A stretch of 64,000 bases of DNA from Malacoraja senta (lineage: Eukaryota), in assembly GCA_038087875.1 (NCBI GenBank), contig CM075989.1, positions 13,518,001 to 13,582,000 of the forward strand, read 5' to 3'. Every line of letters begins with the position of its first letter. Within the stretch, counting starts at the first letter, position 1. Under the pieces are notes generated by a model, which saw only the letters and a program-made list of their open reading frames with translations, searched no databases and had not been told where the DNA came from. The position numbers and the translations under genes are program-made. Of this stretch, positions 50,340 through 64,000 are shown one piece after another.

Positions 50340-52340
50340 AGGTCATAGAGTGATACCGTGTGGAAACAGGCCCTTCGGCCCAACTTGCCCACACCAGCCA
50401 ACAATGTCCCAGCTACACTAGTCCCACTGCATCCATATCCCTCCAAACCTATCCAAGTACCTGTCTAACTGTCTCTTAAATGATGGGATAGTCTCAGCCT
50501 CAACTACCTCTGGCAGCTTGTTCCATACACCCACCACCCTTTGTGTGAAAAAGTTACCCCTCGGATTCCTATAAATCTTTTCCCCTTCACCTTGAACCTA
50601 TGTCCTATGGTCCTCGATTCCCCTACTCTGGACAAGAGACTCTGTACATCTAACCGATCTATTCCTCTCATGATTTTGTACACCTCTATAAGATCCCCCC
50701 TCATCCTCCTGCGCTCCATAGAATAGAGACCCAGCCTACTAAACCTCTTCCTATAGGTCACACCCTCTAGTCCTGGCAACATCCTCGTAAATCTTTTCTG
50801 AACCCTTTCAAGCTTGACAATATCCTTCCTATAACATGGTGCCCAGAACTGAACACAACGGTCTCACCAACGTCTTATACAACTGCAACATGACCTCCCA
50901 ACTTCTCTACTCAATACTTTGACTGATGAAGGCCAAAATGCCAAAAGCCTTTTTGACCACCTTACCTACCTGCGACTCGACCATCAAGGAACCATGCACC
51001 TGTACTCCTAGATCCCTCTGCTCTACAACACTACCTAGAGGCCTACCATTTACTGTGTATGTCCTGCCCTTGTTTGACATCCCAAAATGCACCTCACAAT
51101 TCTCTGTATTAAATTCCATCAACCATTCCTCCGCCCACCTGGCCAATCGATCCAGATCCTGCTGCAATCTTTCACAACCATCTTCACTATCTGCAAATCC
51201 ACTCACTTTTGTATCATCAGCAAACTTGCTAATCTTGCCCTGTATGTTCGCATCCAAATCATATAGATGACAAACCGTAATGGGCCCAGCACTGAACCCT
51301 GAGGAACACCACTAGTCACAGGCCTCTGGTCTGAGAAGCAACCTTCCACCATCACCCCCTGCTTCCTTCCATGGAGCTAATTTGCTATCCATTCAGCTAT
51401 CTCTCCTTGGGTCCCATGCGATCTAACCTTCCAGATAGTTTTTCTTAGATAGTCCCCCTATCTAAGAAAAACATCCACAAAAACTCATTCATACCCATTG
51501 CCATAAACAGCTTAAATAAAAAATGAACAATGGACAAATTAACCCTGACGCACTGTCACTTTACACGTATCCACAACTTTCATCTTGTCTATTTTTACAG
51601 TTTTTAATCCTTATACTTGCTTTTAAGATCTATACACATGGTGTGTGCTCGCAGAAATCTGTGTTGTATGACTGCTTATCAGTACATTGTCCTGTTTGTA
51701 TGTTGAGCCACGCCAAAGAAGATTTTCTGTTACGACAGACAATAAAGTTTTCTGAATCTGAATCTGAACAGCCTACCATGCGGAACCTTGTCGAATGCCT
51801 TACTGAAATCCATGTACACAACATCTACAGCTCTGCCCTCTTCGACCTTTTTGGTCACGTCTTCAAAAAACTCAATCAGATTTGTGAGACATGACCTCCC
51901 ACGTACAAAACCATGCTGACTATCCCTAATCATCCCTTGCCCATCCAAATGCCTGTATAACTATCCCTCAGAATACTCTCCAGTAACTTTTCAACTACAG
52001 ATGTTACGTTCACCGGCCTATAGTTCCCAGCATTTTCCCTGCACCCCTTCTTGAAAAGAGGCACAACATTTGCCACCCTCCAGTCTTCCGACACCTCTCC
52101 TGTATTTAAGGACGACTCGTAAATTTCAACTAGGGCTCCCGCAATTTCCTATCTAGTTTCCCGCAATGTCCTCGGATATATCTGATCAGGCCCTGGAGAT
52201 TTGTTTACCTTCATACACGACAGTACCTTCAGTACTTCTTCGACGGTAACAATGCCTGCTCTCAAGACACTTCCCAAGTTCCTCTGTCCCACTGTCTTTC
52301 TCCTCGGTAAATACAGAGGAGAAATACTCATTGTAATATG
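50340..52340 (-). mobile_element. CR1 LINE RT and 3' end, with a nested insertion at about 51436-51767
   Basis: KSPGPDQIYPR; SQHGFVRGRSCLTNLIEFFE...MDFSKAFDKVPH; ISKFADDTK; RRRMRGDLIEVYKI. Confidence 0.93.
51436..51767 (+). mobile_element. Short retroposed 3' end (LINE/SINE) nested in CR1
   Basis: AATAAA followed by a (TCTGAA)3 tail. It interrupts the CR1 reading frame in opposite orientation. Confidence 0.6.
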
Positions 52341-55300
52341 CTGGTGTATCTCTTCTGCACTCTTTCCACATGGTTTTACATTGTTTGTATATATAGTGTG
52401 ATCATCAAACCACACAATATTTCAAGTGTGCCTCATGATGTCCCAACTCTCATACTCAACAGCCATGCCAATGAATGTAAGCAAGATAAAAGGTCCTGTT
52501 CGCTACTCTATCCATCTGTGTGGCCATTTTCAGGAGGCTATGAATTTGCACTCCAAGGTCTCTCAGTACATCAATAGTACTAAGGTCCCTACAGTTTACT
52601 ATATATGGTCTATGGGAATTTTAGATATCTCTTTAAAAAAAATTATGTTATTAATTTGTATTATCTCATACTTGTCTGGATTAAATTGCAAGTGCTACTG
52701 CTCTGTCCAATGTTCCACCTGACCTATGATCTTCTGCACCATTAGGCAGCTATCATCATCTGAAACTGCACTTACCTTTGTGGCAACAGCAAATTTTATT
52801 AACTTGATTAAAGAACTGTACATTGTGCCTTGAGTAGGTAAACGGGAAACCAATCACCAAAGCAATCCATAGATGGACATCGGAGAAAGAATAGTAATGC
52901 AGCATTACAAAGCATGAGAGCCGTGGGATTGCTTTGGTTATTGGCATGGAGACTCTCGGTTGAATGGCGTGGTGTTGCGGTAGCTACATAACTCTTTGGA
53001 CCTCACCTTTTGAGCAAGGCCCTTCAACCTTTTCATCCTATCCTGATATCTTTGCAGCTGTGTTACAATCCTTATGTCCATCTTTACATCTCCCTCCTGT
53101 GCCTAATGTTATCAAAATATAGCAGACAGAACCATGCACAATATACTGTGGTCGAGGTAGGTTAGCATACTTCTTAATTATACCAGTTTATCTCCCCAAG
53201 GAACAGCCTACTGCTCCTTTGTCCAATGGCATAATTGCTTTTGTTAATTTTCTGGGCTCCCATTTTCACTAGATTCATATTCCTCAAATAATGTTTGTTT
53301 TCTTAAAATATAATACCACATGCCTGTGGGCATTGTAGTCTTTTGCAAATTGCATGCTCTTTCTATATGTTTATTAATGTTATCCCTAATTTTAGAAATT
53401 TGTTTTACAGAATCTACATTTTTAATAGAAATTCTGAACAGTGGCCTGGCATTGGTCCATATGAGACCCCACTAAAACATAATGACCTTTAAAGCTTGGT
53501 ATTATGGTCAATATCCCTGAAATGCTTTTCCACTGATACTCCCACCACTTGGAGCACTACATTCCCCAAGTCATGTATCATGCCTTCTGTAAGATCATCT
53601 GGCACAAAACATTTTACTGAACACCCTTTAAAAGTTCCATACTTGGGCGACTCCAGTTAATATCGAGAAGTTAAAGGTGTAATTGCAATGGAGCTCGACA
53701 GCAATTGCTGCATTATTTTTACACTCTGTAATTTCCTTACATATATGTTCTCTATCTCCCACTGATGGCTGCATGTGGTATATCCCTGTCAAAGTGCTCA
53801 CCCCTTTTTGTTTCTAACCACCCATATAGCCTCATTTAAAGAACCTTCAAGGTTCTACTGCAGCAATTATCTCTTTGATTAATATTGCCATGCCATTTAT
53901 TTTGTATTCCCTGCACACCCTCTTCCCACTTTCACTTTGGTCAACAACATTTTGAGGAGTACATCAACGTTTCAGATCTGAGAGAGACCCTTTGTCAGAA
54001 TTGAAAAGGGAACAAAAGAAGCTTGCAGGGAGGGTAAGAGAGGAAGATGTCTCTGATGGTGTGAAAGCATGGTGACCGTGGGGATAATCTGTAAACAAGG
54101 TTATCTGGCCAATGAATGAATGGGAACTGTTAGAATGTGATGACCTAGACAAAAGAATATAGAAGTTTAAGAAATTCAGAGCATAAGCATAAGTTCAGCA
54201 GGAGAGGCAGGTCATGTTCTCCATTCCCAGAGAGAGTGTGTTTGCTTTCTCACTACTTATCCCTTCTATATGTTTGCATATGGCTCCAATTCTATGTGTG
54301 CCACACCACCACCTGTTCTCATGAACACTCCATGTAATGCAAGAGCCTTTCTGGTCACCTTTGCATTGTAAATAAAATAAACCCCCACATAAAGTAATTT
54401 AAAGTTCTCTATCAGTCTGGCAAACGTAACTAGCTGTTTTAAACGTTTGCATGTGGAATGATGGCACAGCTGGCAAACCTTGGCATAGTGTCTTCCAAGT
54501 CTTCCTTACTTGCACTTGAGAAGGTGAGCTCAATGAATGGACATTTTAAACCACTATAATCCATGTGGTGAGGCTGGGAAGTTGTGGAATAGTTTCAGGA
54601 TTTAGCTTAAACAATGAGCAGACAGCAATATCTTTTCAAGCCAGATGCTGTGCGACTTGCAAGCAGTGACTTTTCCCCTCTTTGCTCGTTGGGTCTAAGG
54701 GTGCCTACAGATTGGGTGAGAATGTAGATGGTTGATATTTGTTGCGAATGTGGAATAAAATTGGTTTCAGTGGTGAATATGGGGTAAAGAGCAGAGTAAG
54801 GCTAATCTGAGGTTAGTACAGTTGAGTAAATCATTTATCAGTCTTATTTTAATCACTTAACTGAACTTTCTAAACTTTGTCTACCTGATTTTAAAACAAT
54901 CATTTACAAAAGGTACGTTTTTTTCCTTAATCCTTTGGATGAAGGTTAATCTTTAACTCTGGACACTGAAAGATATAAATCTGTAAATATAAATCTGTCA
55001 ACAGGTTTTAAATTATTGTGAATCACAAATTATTGTGAATTTAATTTAAATCAACAATAATTTAGTCTTTTATAAATCGTACCTTTAGTTTATACATTTC
55101 AGTTGTATAGATGGACCCCGGTTTTCAAAAGCCCTGATTTATGAACTTTCAACTATGAAAATTTCCCAGTGAATTTTTGAACAAATTTTTGAAACGGGTC
55201 AACTTTCTTAACTTTATAGTAGTGCTTCGCAATGAGTCTGAGGCAGATGGAATGATTTGGTCCGCGCGTGACCGTGCTGCTTAATGCTGAGGAGGTGATA

Positions 55301-55926
55301 CATTTGGCTGGATTTAGTGGTTTGGCCACTGTGCTGGTTGTATGGAAGTCTGTATGGGAATTGATTTGCCTGCTCCCATGGCATTGCAGCTGGTCTATTT
55401 TAGGGTTCATTTCTGACATGAAATATTCAGATTGTAGAGAGTTCTCGGGAGTGGAGCTCTATTGTAAGCTGGGGACTGTCTTATTGGCAGTTGAGTATAT
55501 TGCAGCTGTGTATATTTCCACTGCACTGCTACATCCTCCAGAGTCGTGAAGAGGCTTACTTGGGCGTAGGGCATGTCCAACTCTAATTTGTTTTTTAAAA
55601 ATTGTAAACTTTGATTGCTAGGATTGGTGTACTTTATTGCCTCGTCAAGAAGGGGTGGAGGATTCTGTGCATGCATAAAAATGGATCTCGACCTGAAACG
55701 TCAGCCATTCCTCTCCAGAGATGCTGCCTGTGCCGCTGAGGTACTCCAGCATTTTGTGTCTATTTAGGATCTGGTACAACTGTGTATTGATGTAAGTCAG
55801 TGGCAGAATTCTGTGCCAAAAAAGCAGTGGATTTTCTTATCGCCAGCCTTAATGAGTTGGTTTAACTTGGGAGGTTTTCATTAAAAAGTGTTTATTTTAA
55901 TTTTGTGCTGTTTCTCTACTCTGCAG

Positions 55927-55983
55927 GGAGGAGTGACGGAGGTTCAGTTTGGACCAATGAAGATCCGACAGGAAGCCGTCCAG
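55927..55983 (+). CDS. PDE8A: PDE8 exon 2
   Basis: 57 nt with CAG/GTATGC ends. GGVTEVQFGPMKIRQEAVQ is closer to recalled PDE8A VQFGPM than to PDE8B VRIGPM. Confidence 0.9.
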
Positions 55984-56069
55984 GTATGCACTATGCACCA
56001 AGACCAAGACAGACCTTTAGAGTTGGCCTTGACATTTAATTAAATAAATTTGACCAGGAATTGCCCTGT

Positions 56070-56610
56070 TAGAGTCAGCTATTGAGCACACAAACAGGTC
56101 TTTTGGCCTAACCTCTCCATGCTGACCAAGTGGCCTTGCTGAACTGGTCCTAGTTTTTGCACCCGACACATATCCCTCCAAACTTTTCCTATCTGTGTAC
56201 CTGTCTAAGTGTCTTTTAAATATTGTAATTGTACCCGACTTTACCACTACTTCTGGCAGGTTGTTCCATGTAGATATTACACTCTGTGCAGAACAAGTTG
56301 CCCCTTGTGTCCTTCTCATATTAAACCTATGCCATCTAGTTATAGATTTGCTTACCCTGGGAAAAGTCTGCACCTGTTCACTTTACCTGTGTCCCTCATG
56401 ATTTTATAAACCTCTGTAATGTTATCCCTCTGCTTTGTACACCCCAATGAAAAGCCACGCAACCCATCCAGCCTCCCCATATAACTCAAATTGTCCACAC
56501 CCGAAAACATGCTGCTAAATCTTTTTTTGCACCCTATAAAGTTTACTGCTATCCTGGCTAGAGAAGGGTGACCAGAACTGTACACTGTATTCAAAATGTG
56601 GCCTTACCAT
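56070..56610 (-). mobile_element. Older CR1 LINE 3' fragment
   Basis: MVRPHFEYSVQFWSP, EVYKIMR and WNNLP. Confidence 0.8.
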
Positions 56611-57289
56611 CGAGTTTTGTTTAAAGATGCAGCATGGAAACAGGCCCTTCGACTCACCGGGTCCACGCCGACCATCGATCACCCGTTCAAACTGGTTCAA
56701 TATTATCCTGCTTTTAAACCCGACACATTAGAAAGGTTAATTAACCTACAAACCTGTGCATCTTTGGGATGTGGGAGGAAACTGGAGCACTTGGAGGAAA
56801 CCCACTCGGTCGCTTTTCTACCTATCCTTCTTCCATCTACTCTCCTACTTTAAATTAACCTGTTTTTCTTTCTTTCCCAGTTTAGACTTTAGAGATACAG
56901 CTTGGAAGCAGGCCCTTCGGCCCACTGAGTATGCGCCGACCATGATGATCCCATACGCTAACACTCTCCTACACATTAGGGACAATTTTGCAACTGGCCG
57001 AATTGGTTATAATGTGATTTCCATCGAGAAGTAGAGCACCGTTTAAGTTTCTTTGGAGATTGATAAGCAGAATAAAAGCTGTATTGGGAGGAAAAACCTA
57101 CTAAGGAAAAAAACATTTCATATAATTTCCCTGAAGTAATCAAACACTATTCTGTTAAGACAGTCTGTTAGTTTCACTGCAGTAGGCTATTGAAATTGAT
57201 AAGCAATCACTTATTTTGACACATAGAGGCGACGCCTCCTATAGATCAATTCGAGGTTGGGGATGTCAGTATCCATGATGGAGTGGGTA

Positions 57290-58010
57290 GTATTCACCAC
57301 TTTTTGTAATCTTCTTCATTTCTGGGCATTTGAGTTGCTGAATCAGGCCATGATGGCAGTCAATATGTTCTCGACCATACTCCCGTAGAAGTTGAAGAGA
57401 GTATTCATTGACGTACTATATATCCTCAATCCTCCAAGGAAGTAGAGGCATTGATGGGCTTTCTTTATGATTGTATCAATGTATTGCATCCAGAACAGAT
57501 CTTCATAGAAATGTACAGCCAGGAACTTGAAGTTGTTGGCTCTCTCCATCACTGACCCTTTAATGAAGACAGGTTTGTGGATCCTCGGACTTCTTCCTTT
57601 TGAGTCAACAATCAACTCCTTGGTTTTATTGACAAAGAGAGCAAGGTGGTTGTTCTGGCACCATTCAATTAGACAATCAACCTCCCTCCTCTACTCTGAC
57701 ACATCATTGCCTGTGATTCATCCAGCAACTAAGGCGGATTTAAAGATGCAGTTGAAATCGTATCCGGCTAGTGAATCATACATAAAATAAGTGGAGCAGG
57801 GGACTGAGCATGCAGCTTTGGGATTCCGCTGTGCAGATGGCTACCGAGGAGGAAATGTTGCCAATTTGTATCAATTATGTTCTATTGATGAGGAAGTAGA
57901 GGATCCAGTTGCAAAGTTATGTGCAGAGACCCAGTTCCCTAAGCTTGGTAACAAGTTTGGAAGGGAAGATGATGTCGAATGCAGAGCTGTAGTCTATGAA
58001 CAACAGGTGT
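57290..58010 (-). mobile_element. Rex1/Babar-like LINE fragment
   Basis: FKFLAVH...IIKKAHQCLYFL, plus a degenerate DYSSAF motif near 57990. Confidence 0.75.
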
Positions 58011-60446
58011 GGTCTTACCAAAACCCTGTGTGTTTTTGCAAGGCTTTCCTTCTTTTCTACTTCAACTCCCGTGCAATAAAGGCCAATTTGTGTTGGTCTT
58101 CCTAGTTACTACATGTACTCGCATGCTAACTGTGTTTTATGCAAAAGGTCATAGATTGGTATGTGCAGCAACATTCTCTAGTCTCTCTTTATACAATATT
58201 TGTTGGAGAGCATGATAGAGTTATACAACATGGAAAGGGGTACAACTTCCAAACTTGTCCATGACGACCAAGCTGCGTACTTGAACTGATCTCATTTGCC
58301 TGCATTTAGCCCTTATTCCTTTAAAACATTCCTATCAAGGAATCTTCCAAATGTCTTTTCAATGTTATAATATTTCATTTTCTATTTTTCTCAGGCTTTG
58401 TAACCTCATTTTTACCTTCACTTATACCCTTTCTGCTAGTTTTTACTCTCCATCTTTACACTCCTGATCTATTTGCATATACTGTCTTCACCATATTGTT
58501 TTCTTTTTATCTATATAACATGGGGATTATATGCTATAGTGCATATGGTCCCTTCATCTAACTTAATGAAGACCATAAATTGTTTTGGCCCCATTTCTGT
58601 TTCCCATTAAATCCATGAAGTTACAACTTGCTAACCTGAAAATGACCCATTTAATTCAATCTTATTTTATGTTGTTACCTAATCCCTTATCCATGGTAAT
58701 GTATTACTTCTAGACATTTTGGTAATCCAAACACAATACATCTACTGGTTCAACTTTATTCACCAACCTAGTCATGTCCTCAGTACTTTGATCAATTTGT
58801 CAATTATTTTTCATGCTCACATTCAAAATTTCTTTCAACTTTCTTGCTGCTATTTCCAGCATCTTCCAGTGATAGATCTTTAACTAAGTGAGCAAAGGTT
58901 TTCAGCTTTTTTTTCCTTTCTTGGATGAATGTATTGCAGTTTGTGGCATACCCATCCAAATCTTAAAGATTACGACCAATTCAACCACTATCTCTCCAGT
59001 AATTCTCTTTAAGATCACAGGATCCTAACTGTAGGTCCTGGGTACATTTCATTTGTTAGTTTATTAATATTTGTTTTCTAGTGATTGTTTTGTGTTCATC
59101 CCTCTCAGTTGACCTTGATTTTCTACTGTTGCTAAAATATTTAGTGTTTTCTATTATGAAGACACATACTGACATTTTCTTAATTCACATTCTTAATCCA
59201 CACTCAACCTGTAATGCAACGCTATTTGCCTTCTGACAAGGAGGCCTTCAGACATATTGACTCTTGGAACATTCCCATCAATACTCACCTATTTCTGTGT
59301 AGCCTCTACTCTCCAGCATGTCCATAAACCCTCTTTTCCTCTCTTAGCAACCACCTATAAATGAGGCAATCCCTGATAGCCAATTAACCTAACCCCATGA
59401 CACCTTTGGGATGTGGAAGGAAACCAGACCTCCCGGGAGAATGTGCAAACTCCACACAGCGCTCGATGTCAGGATTGAATCCCAGATGTAAATCAGCAGC
59501 TTCATCTGCTGTGCCACCAATATATTTCAGGTTTCATGGCATATGATGAATAACAACTTGGTCTTTACGTTATGTATGATAACTGGAAAAAAACAACGAA
59601 ATATTTTAATCTCTAAGAAAATGTTTATTATGTAACAAAAACTACATATTATTTACCTATCCACCTCAGTTTTGTTCTTCTCCTTTGATTCACCTTTCCT
59701 AACTTCTCTCACACTTTGTTCCATCTGCCTATCATCCCTTCCTTATCTGATTCTAACATATCATGTACCAACCTTTGAATCTATCCATCCCCTCCATTCT
59801 GCCTGCAATTCTTTTTCCCTTCTATGTTTCCACCTTTCAGGTATGAGTCTCTCACATTCTGCACATTCCTCTCTCCCATTCCCACCCAGCTCCACCCCCC
59901 TGTCGATCTCCTCCCGGTTCCATGTATATCACTAAACCTTGTTCTTGAGCTCACTTCTAAATAATGGCTACCTTCCCTTCGTTCTCTATTCTGATGCATT
60001 CTGTTTTGATTAGACACATCAACCACAGATACTGCTTGACCTGTTGAGTTATTTAAGAAGTTTTGTTTTTGCTCCACATTCCATCATTGAAGTGTCTGGT
60101 GTCTCCAGAATCTTAAATAAAACCTGAAACCGGGAATCTTAAATAAAACTAGAAGATGCCAAAAATGTACAGTTCAGTCAACATCTTTGGCAGAACGACC
60201 CTGCGTTCAAACTCAAAACTAGAAAGCTAGGTTGTCCGAGTAATTTTGGTCAGCAATCTATCACTGCCAGTGCCTCTGTCACTTCACATTGCTGTAATTT
60301 TTTTTTCTACCTGCAAGGGGATTTACTTGACATTGATTCTACACAGAAGAGTGATATTTTAGATATTTATATAACCGTAATATGTCTAATGCAGGCTCTT
60401 TGTTCTGTAAACATACTGCCAAATGTATGGATCTGTTTTCCTCCAG

Positions 60447-60637
60447 GTGCTTTTAGTGTTTCCCAAGGAAGATATCCAGAGTGCTGGATTCTGTTGGGCA
60501 TGTGATCAAGCAGGGTACAAGTGCAATGTGGCAAAGTCACCAGAGGCGGCACTCAAAACTTTCTTGGACAAGAATCATGAAGTCATCGTCATAGATAACA
60601 GGCATTCCACACATTTTGATGCACAAGCTCTCTGCAG
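60447..60637 (+). CDS. PDE8A: PDE8 exon 3 (REC domain); the gene continues beyond the window
   Basis: 191 nt: [26 protein letters not shown]...[15 protein letters not shown]...DAQALCR, AG/GTGAG ends. Confidence 0.93.
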
Positions 60638-62486
60638 GTGAGCAGCTCCCTTGACTCCAGTGAACAGACAGATTCATCGTGCTTAGTGATCATCTTCCTG
60701 GTGTCAGATTGCTTCTAATGCTTGGTTTAAATTTCCTATTAAACACCTACCTATTGACTATTTGCGTTTAGTCTGTACAGTGTTTGAGCTTTTCCAAGGT
60801 TGTGATTTCCCCACTCCCATTCTCCCAGTTAGAAAGAACCGAAATAATTACAGATTTTTGGGAAAACTAGCATTGATCAAAAAAACAAATGAGATAAAAA
60901 GGAAAATGTTGGAAGGGCAAGGGATGATCTTTGCTTCTGTGACATTGGGAAGGAGTCTTTGATGTGATTTTGGGTCTCTATCTTTGGGCTCGCCTGCTTC
61001 TGCACTCTTCATGAGGATTCCCCTGTATTCATTTATTTTTAATGGCACCTTATTGGAAGGCCGCAACAAGGTATCAGAATAGTGTAAAACTAGTATTTGG
61101 GTCCTATTTGTACCATTGAGCACTTCCATTGCACCCATTTCTTCACTCTAACCCTGAGTCTTAATTTAAATTTGCAAATTTCCCCATGTTCTGTTGGAAA
61201 AAACTTAAATTGCTGCTCTCTCCTGGAATGCAGCACAGCAAATATTCCCAATATCTAATGCATAATTTAATAAATTCATTTCTTCCTGATATTTATGGTT
61301 TACCTGAAGTCTCTCGGTGAATGATTCGTGTACAAACAGTTGTGCTCTGGCTCTCTTTTTGTGTATGTTTACCCAAAAGTGAATCATCAAGCTATTGGTT
61401 TAGTTAGTTGCTGAATATTCTACTGCATGGTACAGCATAAATGATTGCTATTTATATACAGATTATCTGAATTGCACTTGATGGTAACTAAACTAACTGT
61501 GGCATTACTTGTAGATCTATCAGAGCAACAAAGTCATCAGAAGGAACCGTCATTGTTGCTGTTGCAAAACATCTGTAAGTACCTCATTAAAATGGGAGCT
61601 GAAAGAAAGGCAGGATTAATTCAAAGATGCAGCTTACTTTAATGTCCCTGATGTGGTAGAATTGTACAATGCAAATGACCTTTTTAACCAAAGTTGTCTA
61701 CGTCTTTGAAAGAGCTATCCAGTTAGTTCCATTTCCCTGCACTTCCCTCATAACATTATCTGCAGTGGCACAGTTTATGATACTTTTGCTTTGGGTCCAA
61801 ATCCGTGAGGTAGCTCACTTTCAGATGATGCATTCATTCCACGCTCAGTCCAAAATTTCTTGATTAATATTCACTCCTTATTCAACATTACCAAACCAGA
61901 TGTGATCTAGCATTATCACATTGCCTGTTGTTGGAATCTACTTTGCAAAAACATCTATGCTAATCCCATCTACCCATAATAGAACTGCATATTTATATGC
62001 CTTGCCCATTTAAGTGTCTGTTTAAATTATTTTTAAACACAGTACAGGCTCTCTCTGGGTTACTAACACCTGGCTTTGGGATGCCTGTATATTCAAATGA
62101 GCTCCCATAAATATTAAATTCGAACAAGAACTGGTCTTGGAAAATAAAACCTGTGTGTGTGTAAACTCCTGCAATAATCAGACACCATTGTCTCAAGAAC
62201 ACAACTGGCTGCCAGTTTCAGTGCTCACTTAAATGATTTGCTCGGGGAATTGACCAGCAATTGCTTCTATTGAATCTTGTGCAAAAATATCCTATTGAAC
62301 AATGCACATGCACTGATTCTTTAAGCCTATTGAAACCCACCATTGGGTGTGGTACATCCTGATTCTGTACAATTGTAATTAGACAGGGGAAGACAATCAA
62401 TAAATGTTTATTTTGCTTGGACATCATCAACACCATTACAATACTGTCAAAACATGGTCATGGTAGAAGTGATTTTAGTGCATTTT

Positions 62487-63901
62487 ATTTTTATTTTTTT
62501 ATTTTATTTATTAGAAGTACATTACATTACAACAAATTACATAAGTACTCATCACGTATATCTTATTACAATTAATGTACATCATTTTAAAAAACTAATA
62601 AAGAGAGAAGGTTGAAATTAAGAAAGAAGAGAAAGTGAGGGAAAATAGTGAAAGTGTAAAAACGTGTCAACAGGAAAGGACAGAGACCCTGTAGAAAAGA
62701 GATTGGAAAGAAAAGATTAAGAGATAGACCCTAAAGAAGAAAAAAAAGAGAAAGAAGAGAAAAGAGAAGCATAAGTACTTTATTATGAGCATCTCGCAAA
62801 TGGGGTATACCAACTCACCACCTTTCATCCCCCTTTACCTGACATCGGTACTTTTTAAAGTACTTTTGCACCTTATGTTTGTAATAGTTCTATAAATGCA
62901 GATGGAAGTGATCTGATTTGCCTGCCAGGAGGAGTCTTATCTCTTCTAAGTGTAATGTTTCAAACATATTTGAAATCCACATGTTTATAGTTGGTATTGG
63001 GGCGTTTTTCCAGAATTTTAGGATAAGCTTTTTTCCAGTTATTAACCCGTAATCAACTAATTTCTTTTGAAACATATTTAGTTCAGGGCTATCTTCCGTT
63101 GTTCCGAAGATAATCCATTCTGCTTTTGGTGTCAGTTTTATTTTAAATAATATTGTAAAGATTTCAAAAATTTCAATCCAAAATTTTTGAATTTTTGTAC
63201 AAAAAACAAATGTGTGCGCTATCGCAAATAGATGATACATTGGGGAACATTTTATTAATTTTAGTTTTTGAATAATATCTGTGTAAAATTTTGAATTGTA
63301 TTAAAGTGTGTCTTACATTAATCGAGCATTTATGCACATTTAATAAATGTTCATTCCACTTTTCTTTTGAAATTTTAATAGCTAATTCTTGTTCCCAGTC
63401 TCTTCTAATACCTTCCGTAGATGGTATTCTACATTTAAGATAATACTATACAAATACGATATTAAGTTTGCTGATTCAGCTTTTATCTGCATTGCTTCGT
63501 CCAGTACATCTGCTGGGATATTATAATGATCTTTTGTATATTTTTTCAAATAGTCACATATTTGAAAATATTTAAAATATTGATTATTTCCCAGTTTATA
63601 TTTTATTTGTAATTGTTGGAATGATAGTAATTTTCCAGTTTCATACAAGTCTCCGAACATTTTAATTCCTAGTCTATCCCATTGTATAAATGATTTGTCT
63701 GTAATAGAGGGATTAAACGAAGGGTTATTAACTATTGGAGATAAAAGCGATAGATTTCTTAATTTTAAATTTTGTTTTATTTGTTTCCAAGTTCTGATTG
63801 TACTATGTATAATTGGGTTTTTGTTATAATTTATGTTATTCAGTTTCATTGGTGAGAGGAGGATCGCTCCAATATTACAAGAGGAGCAGTCCTCTCTCTC
63901 C
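62487..63901 (-). mobile_element. 5'-truncated L1 3' end with TSD in PDE8 intron 3
   Basis: L1 ORF2 C-terminus (YFKYFQI, KFWKNAPIPT...LHLEE), (A4-5T)n tail, and TSD ATTTTAGTGCATTTT (62472-62486 and 63902-63916). Confidence 0.9.
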
Positions 63902-64000
63902 ATTTTAGTGCATTTTCTGATGTGGACAAATGTCACTTATGGACGTCTGTAAAATGGAATCAATTCATAACACAAGGACGACATTTAACTGTACCTGATT

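Noticed and set aside
1..64000. Prokaryotic systems (CRISPR, operons, defence islands), tRNA or rRNA genes
   Set aside because: The window is intron-containing vertebrate DNA; I saw no repeat-spacer array or RNA gene.

Overview
Vertebrate genomic DNA, probably a cartilaginous fish (skate/ray/shark, inferred from the CR1/Penelope/Rex1/L1 repeat mix). It holds a complete 9-exon GATM (glycine amidinotransferase) gene on + (12989-26152, 429 aa) and the CpG-island promoter plus first three coding exons of a PDE8 gene on + (most likely PDE8A, 34787 to beyond 60637). There is also one isolated histidine decarboxylase (HDC)-like exon on - (944-1066) whose upstream exons I could not find. The first 12 kb are a nested transposon stack: a decayed L1 is split by a young 5.4-kb env-less, internally deleted endogenous retrovirus (793-bp LTRs with 3 differences seen, ATAT TSD, tRNA-Ser-like PBS, open MA/PPPY-RNaseH-IN chimeric ORF), followed by tandem non-autonomous Helitrons. 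Other elements are Penelope copies with minimal hammerhead-ribozyme cores, two hAT-type non-autonomous elements with TSDs, a Tc1 end, truncated L1s with TSDs, and CR1, Rex1 and RTE fragments. All family assignments come from recalled motifs, not database searches.
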